Source: an uncultured Candidatus Saccharibacteria bacterium (GTDB lineage: Bacteria > Patescibacteriota > Saccharimonadia > Saccharimonadales > Saccharimonadaceae). From it: a stretch of DNA of 64,000 bases. Both the position numbers and the translations under genes were made by a program. A model generated the notes under the pieces. It was not told where the DNA came from and made no database searches. It saw only the letters and a list, made by a program, of their open reading frames with translations. Location: positions 4,987-68,986 of the forward strand of contig CAMVCL010000002.1 in the NCBI GenBank assembly GCA_947165975.1, given 5' to 3'. This document shows, one piece after another, positions 40,283 to 48,636 of the stretch. Every line of letters starts with the position of its first letter. Position 1 is the stretch's first letter.

Positions 40283-41563
40283 ATGAAAGAAGAAGAAAAG
40301 GGTAAAGTTGTTGAAGCTGAAGAAATCGCCGAGTCTAATACGTCCACCGATGAGGCCAAAGAGAGCTCCGACAGGAAAGAAAAAAAGACTGTGTCATTGG
40401 CGGAATCAGCCAAAGAAACGTCAGCCGTGATCAACGAACCTAAAAAAAATAACAGTAAAGCCGCAATTGCATTATCTATCGTCGCATTATTGATGGGCGG
40501 ATGTGGTCTCGGACTCGGATTACTAGCCTATCAGAAAAGTGGCACTCCCATCACATTCTTAGGAAGTGGGACAGACGGCAATTCAGCAAATTTTGTTGAA
40601 GGTTCTATTTCTGATATCGCTAGCAAAGTGTCCAAAAGTGTGGTTTCTATCGTAACTTCCACTAAAGTCATGAATTTCTTTGGCGAAAGCACGGATTCCG
40701 CCGCCGCTGGCACTGGCATGATTGTTACGAGTGATGGGTATGTGCTTACTAATAAGCATGTCATAAATGGCGCCGATAAAGTTACCGTCATCTTAGACGA
40801 CGGCACCACTTATGAAAAAGTCAAAGTGGTAGCCACCGATCCGCTTAACGACGTGGCTTTCCTAAAAATTGAAGACGCCTCCGATTTGCCAGCAGTTACA
40901 CTCGGCGATTCCAAGACCATCAATGTTGGCCAACAGGTTATTGCTATCGGTAATGCTCTAGGTGAATATCAAAACACTGTCACGTCTGGCATCATATCAG
41001 GGACAGGTCGTTCAGTCACTGCATCAGATAGTACTGGTCGTAATACCGAGACTCTTTCAGATATGATTCAAACTGATGCAGCTATTAACTCAGGTAACTC
41101 TGGCGGTCCATTAGTTAATGCCGCTGGCGAAGTGATTGGTATTAATACTGCTACTTCTTCATCGGCAGAAAATATGGGTTTTGCTATTCCTATCTCTAGT
41201 GTGAAAGGTATGCTAAGTCAACTTACTGAGACCGGTAAAGCCGAGCGTACATATATCGGTGTATACTCCGTTGAGATTACTTCTGAAGCTGCTAAAGCCT
41301 ATGACTTACCGGTAACTTCCGGAGCCTATCTTTACAGCCCATCCGCTTATTCTGCCATTGTTAAAGGTGGTCCAGCTAGCAAAGCTGGCCTCAAGGATAA
41401 AGACATAGTTACTAAAGTCAACGGGGTAGCGGTTGGTTCAGCCGGTTCGTTAGCAAATCTAATTGGCGAATATAAACCAGGCGATACTGTACAGCTTACA
41501 GTAATTCGTGATAATAAAGAAATTGCCGTCAATGTTACTCTTGAGGGCTATTCTGAAAAATAA
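40283..41563 (+). CDS. htrA: HtrA/DegP-family serine protease with PDZ domain
   Basis: GTGMIVTSDGYVLTNKHV (His), DVAFLKI (Asp), GNSGGPLVN (Ser), and a C-terminal PDZ. SD AAAGGAGAAG precedes the ATG at 40283. Confidence 0.9.
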   Translation: MKEEEKGKVVEAEEIAESNTSTDEAKESSDRKEKKTVSLAESAKETSAVINEPKKNNSKAAIALSIVALLMGGCGLGLGLLAYQKSGTPITFLGSGTDGNSANFVEGSISDIASKVSKSVVSIVTSTKVMNFFGESTDSAAAGTGMIVTSDGYVLTNKHVINGADKVTVILDDGTTYEKVKVVATDPLNDVAFLKIEDASDLPAVTLGDSKTINVGQQVIAIGNALGEYQNTVTSGIISGTGRSVTASDSTGRNTETLSDMIQTDAAINSGNSGGPLVNAAGEVIGINTATSSSAENMGFAIPISSVKGMLSQLTETGKAERTYIGVYSVEITSEAAKAYDLPVTSGAYLYSPSAYSAIVKGGPASKAGLKDKDIVTKVNGVAVGSAGSLANLIGEYKPGDTVQLTVIRDNKEIAVNVTLEGYSEK

Positions 41564-42204
41564 AGAATAAAACCTCTGGTCTCGGCCAAGCTGAGACCTT
41601 TTTTCTTGGCATATTGAATAATCAATTCATGCTGGCACGGGTCAGCCTCTAAAATCAAGTGTTGAATTCTTTTGTCAGTTGCCTGATCTATTAATCTATA
41701 GATCAATTCTAAGCCTTTGTTATTGGCAAAAAGAGCCGACTCTGGTTCATGCGATAAAGATTCAAGGTTTAGCCAATCCCAGTCTTTATCGACATAAGGT
41801 AGATTAGCTATTATAAGATCGGGAGTAATATTAATTTCTTTCAATAAATCTGATTGTAAAAATTTAATTTTAGCACCAAGTTTTTCGGCATTCTTCTTAG
41901 CAACTTTTATTGCTTCACTCGATACGTCCGTAGCGACTATTTTTGACATAGGTAGTTCCAGACTTAAAGTGATGCCAATACAGCCAGAACCAGTTCCGAC
42001 ATCCAAAATAGTCAGATCTTGTGGCAATTTAGCCTTACTAGGTCTAACACCGGGTAAATATGGTTTACCAACTAGATTCAGGACCATATCGATTGCCAAC
42101 TCAGTTTCCGGGCGGGGAATCAAGACGCTAGAGTTCACCAAAAAATCACGCCCATAAAAATTCTGCGAACCTTTTTTATATGCCCTCGGATAATTCTCGT
42201 TCAT
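41548..42204 (-). CDS. prmC: release-factor glutamine N5-methyltransferase, short form
   Basis: SAM motif [12 protein letters not shown] and catalytic NLPY (an NPPY variant). Overlaps the prfA 3' end. Confidence 0.8.
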   Translation of the reverse strand: MNENYPRAYKKGSQNFYGRDFLVNSSVLIPRPETELAIDMVLNLVGKPYLPGVRPSKAKLPQDLTILDVGTGSGCIGITLSLELPMSKIVATDVSSEAIKVAKKNAEKLGAKIKFLQSDLLKEINITPDLIIANLPYVDKDWDWLNLESLSHEPESALFANNKGLELIYRLIDQATDKRIQHLILEADPCQHELIIQYAKKKGLSLAETRGFILYFSE

Positions 42205-43219
42205 TACGAATTAGCTCTGCTACTAAGTCATCGATATCGCCATCCATTGCTGCCGGTAGATTGGAACGTGAATAATGGATTCGATGATCGGTGATTCTGT
42301 CCTGCGGAAAATTATATGTTCTGATTTTTTCGCTACGGTCTCCAGTTCCAATCAATGATTTACGTGCCTCAGAAGCATTTTTGCGCTCTTCTTCTTTTTT
42401 GCGCTCTAATAAACGCGTGCGAAGTACATTCATTGCTTTAATCCGATTTTGCTGCTGTGAACGTTCATCCTGCATGGCTACGACAATCCCAGTAGGTAAA
42501 TGTGTAATACGCACAGCCGAATCAGTAGTATTAACACCCTGCCCACCATGTCCACCTGAACGATAAATATCAATCCGTAAATCTTCCGGTTTGATCTCCA
42601 AATCTTTTTCCGATGCTTCTGGTAAAACTGCTACCGTAACAGTAGAAGTATGGATGCGCCCTTGTGATTCAGTTACCGGAACTCTTTGTACTCTGTGTAC
42701 GCCACCTTCAAATTTTAACTGTCCGTAAGCATTGTCGCCGGATAGTTTAAAGATTACTTCTTTCATACCACCAGCTTCGTTTTGATTCTCTGAAATTAAC
42801 TCAAATTTTAGCCCGTGGCGTTCACCATATTTCATATATAAACGATACAGTTCGGCCGCAAAAAGGGAAGCTTCGTCGCCGCCTGCCCCCGCTCGGATTT
42901 CAAAAATTGCAGGCTTATCATCCTCAGGATCACGCGGGATTAAAAGCTCCTCCAATTTAGTTTCAGCTTCTTTGAGCTCTTTTTTTAATCTATCAGAGTC
43001 TTCTTTTGCTATTTCACCTAGCTCAGGGTCATTTAATAGGGAATTAGCTTCCTCTAGATTATTTTTCATTTGTTCAATATTCTTATTCAACTCTAAGATT
43101 TCACGCAAAAGAGTCGCGCGCTTACTCTTCGTTGCAAATTCTGTATCCGCGTATGCATCAGGTTGAGCTAAAAATTCATCAATGCTTCTTAACTCCTCTT
43201 TAAACTTAGTTAGATCCAT
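42176..43219 (-). CDS. prfA: peptide chain release factor 1
   Basis: The PVT tripeptide context [14 protein letters not shown] indicates RF1. GGQ motif [17 protein letters not shown]. Confidence 0.93.
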   Translation of the reverse strand: MDLTKFKEELRSIDEFLAQPDAYADTEFATKSKRATLLREILELNKNIEQMKNNLEEANSLLNDPELGEIAKEDSDRLKKELKEAETKLEELLIPRDPEDDKPAIFEIRAGAGGDEASLFAAELYRLYMKYGERHGLKFELISENQNEAGGMKEVIFKLSGDNAYGQLKFEGGVHRVQRVPVTESQGRIHTSTVTVAVLPEASEKDLEIKPEDLRIDIYRSGGHGGQGVNTTDSAVRITHLPTGIVVAMQDERSQQQNRIKAMNVLRTRLLERKKEEERKNASEARKSLIGTGDRSEKIRTYNFPQDRITDHRIHYSRSNLPAAMDGDIDDLVAELIRNERELSEGI

Positions 43220-43235
43220 GATATAATTATACCAT
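43220..43235. promoter_or_regulatory. palindromic bidirectional extended -10 core (TGaTATAATTATAcCA) for prfA (-) and tRNA-Val (+)
   Basis: TATAAT on + at 43222-43227 and TATAAT on - at 43231-43226. The prfA ATG lies 6 nt downstream on - and the tRNA 5' end 15 nt downstream on +. Confidence 0.6.
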
Positions 43236-43242
43236 ATCGATT

Positions 43243-43319
43243 GGGGATTTAGCTCAGCTGGCTAGAGCGTACGATTCACATTCGTAAGGTCACAGGTTCA
43301 AGCCCTGTAATCCCCACCA
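43243..43319 (+). tRNA. tRNA-Val (CAC), CCA encoded
   Basis: Cloverleaf with acceptor GGGGATT/AATCCCC, anticodon stem TACGA/TCGTA, loop TTCACAT. Confidence 0.92.
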
Positions 43320-43700
43320 TTCCGAATATAAGACACTTTTTCGGTCGTTTTCCCCCTGTAAATCGTGGTTAAATCCCTTATCGATTTCTGGGGCAATTTT
43401 TTTAGCATTTTTTTGCCAATTTTTCGAGCCATGGATACGGCTTGACCTCTATAAATTTCTTGGTTAAATCCTTTCCATTTTTATATGTACCGACTTTGCG
43501 TTCTACTAGCTTTTTTCATGGAGGGAATAAAGAACTTAAAAAACCTACTTCACATTTTATTAAAAATAACTTCACATATTCAATCTTAGAAATATTTAAG
43601 TCTACAACGCTTGACGAAATAATCGACGTGAGAGAAAAATGATGAAAGAAAGTTTTGAAGACTAAAGAATTTGGGTATAATAATAACTGAGAATAATAAC

Positions 43701-44348
43701 ATGAAAAAAATACTATTAGAAGATGAATATAATAATTTTGCCCACATAGGACTGCATAGTGCAGAACAGTGTTTAGGCAAAAAAATCAAGATTAAAATTG
43801 ATCGTCCGATGGGGAGTAAACACCCAAAACACGGATTTATTTATCCTGTTAACTATGGTTATGTACCGGGTGTAATGGGCGGAGACGGCGAAGAACTTGA
43901 CGCTTATCTACTTGGCGTATTTGAGCCAGTCGAAGAATATGAAGGGAGACTTATCGCCGTTATCTACCGCGAAGACGACGTAGAAGAAAAACTCGTAGTA
44001 GCACCAAGGACATATACAGCAGACCAAATTACGGCACTAGTTGAGTTTCAAGAACGCTGGTTCCGTAGTTGGGTAGCATTTTGTTACAACAAACCATATT
44101 GGCCAGATACTTTCAGTCCGTCTTCACCAGAAGTTCAGAAAGCTGTCAAAGCAGCTATAAAATACGGTAAATATTCTATCGCTAAAACACAAACAGTGTT
44201 AGAAAAAGGTTATGGGTATTGTCATGCTTTGGGGTGTTGGTTAGAAGACAATAAAATAGTTGAGAAACGAGAAGATACAAAGCCAAAAAAACTCAATGTC
44301 AAAACCTATGAAGAAGCGATAAAAAGATTAAAGGAGGCAAATGGCTAA
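43701..44348 (+). CDS. inorganic-pyrophosphatase-like domain protein with unknown C-terminal domain
   Basis: KIDRPMGSKHPKHGFIYPVNYGYVPGVMGGDGEELDAYLLG...AVIYREDDVEEKLVVAP is a family I PPase-like core. TGgTATAAT at 43673..43681 lies inside the track ORF, so I start at the ATG at 43701. Confidence 0.5.
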   Translation: MKKILLEDEYNNFAHIGLHSAEQCLGKKIKIKIDRPMGSKHPKHGFIYPVNYGYVPGVMGGDGEELDAYLLGVFEPVEEYEGRLIAVIYREDDVEEKLVVAPRTYTADQITALVEFQERWFRSWVAFCYNKPYWPDTFSPSSPEVQKAVKAAIKYGKYSIAKTQTVLEKGYGYCHALGCWLEDNKIVEKREDTKPKKLNVKTYEEAIKRLKEANG

Positions 44349-44793
44349 AAAATACATCGATGTAAAGACGGAAGGTTTTAGTAATTTGAATATTTATCTT
44401 GATATTGACGGTGTTTTAATCGGCACAAAATCTCCCAGGGAAGATGTAATCAATCTGATTAGGTATATATTGGAGTATTATCCAAATAACACGTATTGGC
44501 TAACAACACATTGCAAAGGCGGAGTGAACCGCTGCGCCGAGTGGCTACGGATGAATGACTTTCCGGCAGATCTCGTTAATGAAATGGATAAGACTATCAA
44601 GCCCACCGATTGGGGAGTAATGAAGACCGAAGCCATCGACATGGACCAAGATTTTATTTGGTTTGACGATTCGTTATTTGAAACAGAGAGAAAAACCCTA
44701 GAAGCCTACTATGTACTAGATGGTTTTTATAGAATGAACCCGAAAGACCCCGAGGCAGCCAAAAAAGCACTGGAGTTTTTGCAATCTCGGTAG
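44341..44793 (+). CDS. HAD-superfamily-like small hydrolase
   Basis: Motif I-like LDIDGVLIG, and a later FIWFDDS (motif IV-like). 150 aa. Confidence 0.4.
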   Translation: MAKKYIDVKTEGFSNLNIYLDIDGVLIGTKSPREDVINLIRYILEYYPNNTYWLTTHCKGGVNRCAEWLRMNDFPADLVNEMDKTIKPTDWGVMKTEAIDMDQDFIWFDDSLFETERKTLEAYYVLDGFYRMNPKDPEAAKKALEFLQSR

Positions 44794-44863
44794 CCTTCAT
44801 GTAGGTGGTTCTTCCAAAATAGACCCATTTGTTTGAATAATTCAAAAATCGCATAAAAAGCAC

Positions 44864-44892
44864 TTGCATTTCCATATTTAGTGTTATATACT
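44864..44892 (+). promoter_or_regulatory. nrdD promoter (TTGCAT-17-TATACT, or TGtTATATA extended -10)
   Basis: Direct reading. The spacer is occupied by an NrdR-like box. Confidence 0.55.
44869..44884. promoter_or_regulatory. NrdR-box-like element A (tttccatatttagtgt)
   Basis: The right half is a perfect NrdR half-site, 11/16 overall. It lies in the promoter spacer. Confidence 0.45.
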
Positions 44893-44901
44893 AAGATACA
44901 G

Positions 44902-44917
44902 ACACTAAATGTAGCGT
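44902..44917. promoter_or_regulatory. NrdR-box-like element B (acactaaatgtagcgt)
   Basis: 12/16 self-complementary. It is 33 bp centre-to-centre from element A and 14/16 identical to 12787..12802. Confidence 0.55.
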
Positions 44918-44954
44918 ACAACACATAAAAATTTGAACAAGAAGGAGGTATCAG

Positions 44955-47150
44955 ATGTTCAAAAGAATCGTCAAGAGAGACGGTAAAATCGTTAAATTCG
45001 ATCCAGAAAAGATTACTGAAGCTATCGCTAAGGCTGGTCTTGCCACTGAAGAATTCAAACATGATCGCGCGAAGGCTCTAACCGAAAAAGTTTTGACTCG
45101 CGCTGAGGAGAAAATCACTTCACGTACTCCCAATGTTGAACAACTCCAAGACATCGTCGAAGAGGTGCTTATGGAATCTAGCTTCAAGAAGACTGCTCGT
45201 GCCTACATACAATATCGCCAAGAACGTTCCCGCCGTCGTGAAGCCAAATCTGATCTCATGATGATCTATCGTACCATTAGTCATGCTGACGCCTCCGAAG
45301 ACTCCGACGTTAAGCGTAGCAACGCCAACGTCGATGGTAACTCCGCCATGGGCAAAATGCTTCAATTTGGTGCTGAAGGCTCAAAGGTCTTTGCTAAGTC
45401 ATTACTCCTTCGTCCTGATATTGCCGCCGCACATGATAATGGCGATATTCATATTCATGATCTAGATTTCTATGCTACTGGTACGCTCACATGCTGCCAA
45501 TCTGACCCATTCGTATTATTCGAAAATGGTGGTTTCAACACCGGCCACGGTCACTTACGTACTCCAAATTCTATCGGTTCTTACGGCGCACTTGCTGCTA
45601 TCTTGCTCCAGGCCAATCAGAATGAACAGCACGGTGGTCAGTCTATCCCTAATTTTGACTATGCTATGGCGCCAGGCGTCAACAAATCATTCCGCAAGGC
45701 CCTGAAGCGCAATCTAGCTAAATATAACAAATTCACTAAGAAGCATCTTGAACTCGATGTCAAAGACACTTACGAATATGGTGATGACGAAAAACTTAAA
45801 AAAGCCAAATGGCCAAAAGAGGTTATTGAAGCTTCCAACGATGATGTTGAGCGCGAAACTCTTCAAGCCATGGAGGGATTCATTCATAATCTCAATACCA
45901 TGCATTCGCGTGCTGGCGCCCAGGTACCATTTACCTCAATCAACTTCGGTACCGACACGAGCCCATCCGGTCGTTTAGTTTCTAAATACCTACTTGAGGC
46001 TACCGAAAATGGTCTTGGTAAAGGTGAGACTCCGATTTTCCCAATTTCTATCTTTAAGGTTAAATCTGGCATCAATTACGAACCAGATGATCCAAACTAC
46101 GACCTCTTTAAAAAATCTATGGAAGTTTCCGCAAAACGTCTCTTCCCAAATTTCTGCTTTATTGATGCTCCATATAATCTCAAATATTACAAAAAAGGCG
46201 ATTATCGCACCGAGATTGCTACCATGGGTTGCCGTACTCGTGTATTCTCGTCCGTTTTTCCAGAATCAGACGGCATCGTCACCGGTCGTGGCAACCTTTC
46301 CTTCACCACTGTGAATCTAGTTCGTATTGGCATCAAACACGGTATTTGTACTGGTGAGCGTAAAGAGGCTGATTGGGAAGGATTCTATAAAGAACTCGAC
46401 GAAAAGATGGACTTGGTTAGGGATGAATTACTTGAACGCTTTGAATTCCAGGCTAACCAACATGTCCGTAACTTCCCATTCCTCATGGGGCAAGGGAACT
46501 GGTTCGGTTCAGAAAAACTCGGGCCTAATGATACATTGCGTGATGTCATCAAACACGGTACACTTTCAATCGGTTTCATCGGCCTAGCTGAAACTCTCGT
46601 CGCTATGACTGGAAAACACCATGGCGAAGATGAAGACGCTCGCGATCTTGGCCTTGACATTGTTACTCATATGCGTGAGAAATGCGACTCATACTGCAAG
46701 AAACACAAGCTTAACTTTAGTCTCCTTGCTACTCCAGCCGAAGGTATTGCTGGGCGTTTTACAAAGATTGATCGCAAGGAATTTGGCAAGATTAAAGGCG
46801 TAACTGATCGTGAATTCTACACCAACTCTTTCCATGTGCCAGTCTATTACCCAATTTCTGCTTTTGAAAAGATTGAGATTGAAGCTCCGTATCATAACCT
46901 CTGTAATGCTGGCCACATTACCTACATCGAATTAGATGGTGACCCATCTCAAAATATCGCTGCCTTTGAATCTGTAATCCGCAAGATGCACGATGAAGGT
47001 ATTGGCTATGGTTCAGTCAACCATCCAGTAGATCGTGATCCAGTTTGTGGCTTCTCTGGTATAATCACCGGTAATCGCTGTCCACACTGCGGACGTCTCG
47101 AAGGCGATTTGCCGTTCGAAAAAGTCAAAACCTGCGCGAAAGGGGAATAA
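44955..47150 (+). CDS. nrdD: anaerobic (class III) ribonucleoside-triphosphate reductase catalytic barrel, lacking the C-terminal glycyl-radical segment
   Basis: N-terminal ATP-cone IVKRDGKIVKFDPEKITEAIAKA. NrdD core blocks (GDIHIHDLDFY, TMGCRTRV, LLATPAEG). It ends ...VCGFSGIITGNRCPHCGRLEGDLPFEKVKTCAKGE* with no RxxGY. Confidence 0.88.
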   Translation: MFKRIVKRDGKIVKFDPEKITEAIAKAGLATEEFKHDRAKALTEKVLTRAEEKITSRTPNVEQLQDIVEEVLMESSFKKTARAYIQYRQERSRRREAKSDLMMIYRTISHADASEDSDVKRSNANVDGNSAMGKMLQFGAEGSKVFAKSLLLRPDIAAAHDNGDIHIHDLDFYATGTLTCCQSDPFVLFENGGFNTGHGHLRTPNSIGSYGALAAILLQANQNEQHGGQSIPNFDYAMAPGVNKSFRKALKRNLAKYNKFTKKHLELDVKDTYEYGDDEKLKKAKWPKEVIEASNDDVERETLQAMEGFIHNLNTMHSRAGAQVPFTSINFGTDTSPSGRLVSKYLLEATENGLGKGETPIFPISIFKVKSGINYEPDDPNYDLFKKSMEVSAKRLFPNFCFIDAPYNLKYYKKGDYRTEIATMGCRTRVFSSVFPESDGIVTGRGNLSFTTVNLVRIGIKHGICTGERKEADWEGFYKELDEKMDLVRDELLERFEFQANQHVRNFPFLMGQGNWFGSEKLGPNDTLRDVIKHGTLSIGFIGLAETLVAMTGKHHGEDEDARDLGLDIVTHMREKCDSYCKKHKLNFSLLATPAEGIAGRFTKIDRKEFGKIKGVTDREFYTNSFHVPVYYPISAFEKIEIEAPYHNLCNAGHITYIELDGDPSQNIAAFESVIRKMHDEGIGYGSVNHPVDRDPVCGFSGIITGNRCPHCGRLEGDLPFEKVKTCAKGE

Positions 47151-47711
47151 ATGGCCGAAAAAACCGATTGGCATCAAATCGCATTAGATAAAATCGCCAA
47201 ACAACTTGAAACTCCAGAGGGGTATATCCGCCTCTCTGGTCCCCTAGAACATGATAATATCGTCAATGGTGATGGCCTTCGTGTCGTGCTTTGGACTCAA
47301 GGTTGCCCTAACCATTGTAAGGGTTGCCAAAATCCAGAGACTTGGGATTACGAAGCTGGTTTCCTTATCGAAATCGAAGAGATTAAACAAAGGCTTAAAC
47401 AGTTCCGTGGGCAAGCCGGCATTACCTTTTGTGGTGGTGAACCATTTGTCCAAGCCAAAGCTTGTAAAGAAATCGCCGATTGGGCTAGAAAAGAATTAAA
47501 CTGGAACGTTTGGAGCTTCTCCGGTTTTACGCATGAAATCATCAAAGAATATGGCGGCGAACCTTGGGAATTACTAAAATCGCTCGATGCATTGATCGAC
47601 GGCCCATTTATACTAAGTCAGCGCGATTTAAGTCTTAGGTTTCGCGGCTCTAAAAATCAGCGACTCTTAAGACTTGAGCTAGGTACCGGCAAAATATTGT
47701 CAATCGAATAA
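47151..47711 (+). CDS. nrdG: class III RNR activating enzyme (radical SAM)
   Basis: CX3CX2C cluster motif GCPNHCKGC, and GITFCGGEP. The ATG abuts the nrdD stop. Confidence 0.88.
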   Translation: MAEKTDWHQIALDKIAKQLETPEGYIRLSGPLEHDNIVNGDGLRVVLWTQGCPNHCKGCQNPETWDYEAGFLIEIEEIKQRLKQFRGQAGITFCGGEPFVQAKACKEIADWARKELNWNVWSFSGFTHEIIKEYGGEPWELLKSLDALIDGPFILSQRDLSLRFRGSKNQRLLRLELGTGKILSIE

Positions 47712-47751
47712 TATCTGTTATAATGATAAATAATAAAATGTGGAGGAAATC

Positions 47752-48609
47752 ATGGACAGCAACATGTTTACACTCTTGCCGATGAGTCAGCGTTTTTCGC
47801 TAGAGCCCGGTAAGACTTACGAGGGGTCAATTACTGTGGTTAATCCTGCAGATGCTACCGAGGATTTTGTCTATAAAGTCGCAGTCAGTCCATATGGCGT
47901 TTCTGGACGTGATTATCAAGCCGATCTTATTACTGATTCAGATCGTACAGCAATTGCAAAATGGATTAAAATCAAAGAACCAACCGGCAAGATTAAACCA
48001 AACGAATCTAAAGAGGTTAAATTTACCATTACTGTCCCTAATAATGCTCCAAGTGGCGGTCAATACGCCGCTATAACTGTCACCTCGGACAATTCTGGTA
48101 AAGAAGGAGAAGGTGTAACTGTCCAAAACGTTTTCGAAATGGCCAGTATCGTCTATGGAAACGTTGCAGGTGAGACTAAATACGAGGGCGAAGTTCTTGA
48201 AAATAATATTCCGGGCTTTGTAGCTGTCGCACCAGTTAAACTTAGTGCATTAATCACCAACACTGGCAACGTTCATTCTGATGCTACTTTCGTAATCACA
48301 GTTACAGATATCTTTTCTGGTAATGTCATTTTGCCAACTGATGAGAATGATGGTCAGTACACTGAACTCATCATGCCCGAATCTGAGCGTTTCGTTGAAC
48401 GCGAGGTCAGTAATCTTCCGACTTTGGGTATAGTTAAAATCAATCAGACCATTTATTATAATGGACAAGCATATCCGTTAGAGAAAAATGTTATTCTTTG
48501 TCCGATTTGGTTTATTATTTTAGTAGTAGTTACGATTGCGGCTATTGTTGCGACCATTGTTCATCTTGTTAGGAAGCACTATAGAGGCAAAAAACACATT
48601 GATGTCTAG
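47752..48609 (+). CDS. hypothetical tail-anchored protein with beta-sandwich-like domains
   Basis: No signal peptide. C-terminal TM ILCPIWFIILVVVTIAAIVATIVHLV plus a basic tail. SD GGAGG lies 5 nt before the ATG at 47752. Confidence 0.45.
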   Translation: MDSNMFTLLPMSQRFSLEPGKTYEGSITVVNPADATEDFVYKVAVSPYGVSGRDYQADLITDSDRTAIAKWIKIKEPTGKIKPNESKEVKFTITVPNNAPSGGQYAAITVTSDNSGKEGEGVTVQNVFEMASIVYGNVAGETKYEGEVLENNIPGFVAVAPVKLSALITNTGNVHSDATFVITVTDIFSGNVILPTDENDGQYTELIMPESERFVEREVSNLPTLGIVKINQTIYYNGQAYPLEKNVILCPIWFIILVVVTIAAIVATIVHLVRKHYRGKKHIDV

Positions 48610-48636
48610 GCTCCCTATTTGTAGTATAATATATCT

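Noticed and set aside
43300-43365. ccctgtaa shared between the tRNA-Val 3' arm and a site ~45 bp downstream, as a possible att direct repeat.
   Set aside because: Only 8 bp are shared, too short and too close to be convincing, and there is no integrase.
43442-43789. ORFs 43442..43642 (+) and 43586..43789 (-) in the gap after tRNA-Val.
   Set aside because: AT-rich region with no SD or -10-coupled start and implausible Phe/Leu/Lys-rich composition. The second overlaps the promoter and start of the PPase-like gene.
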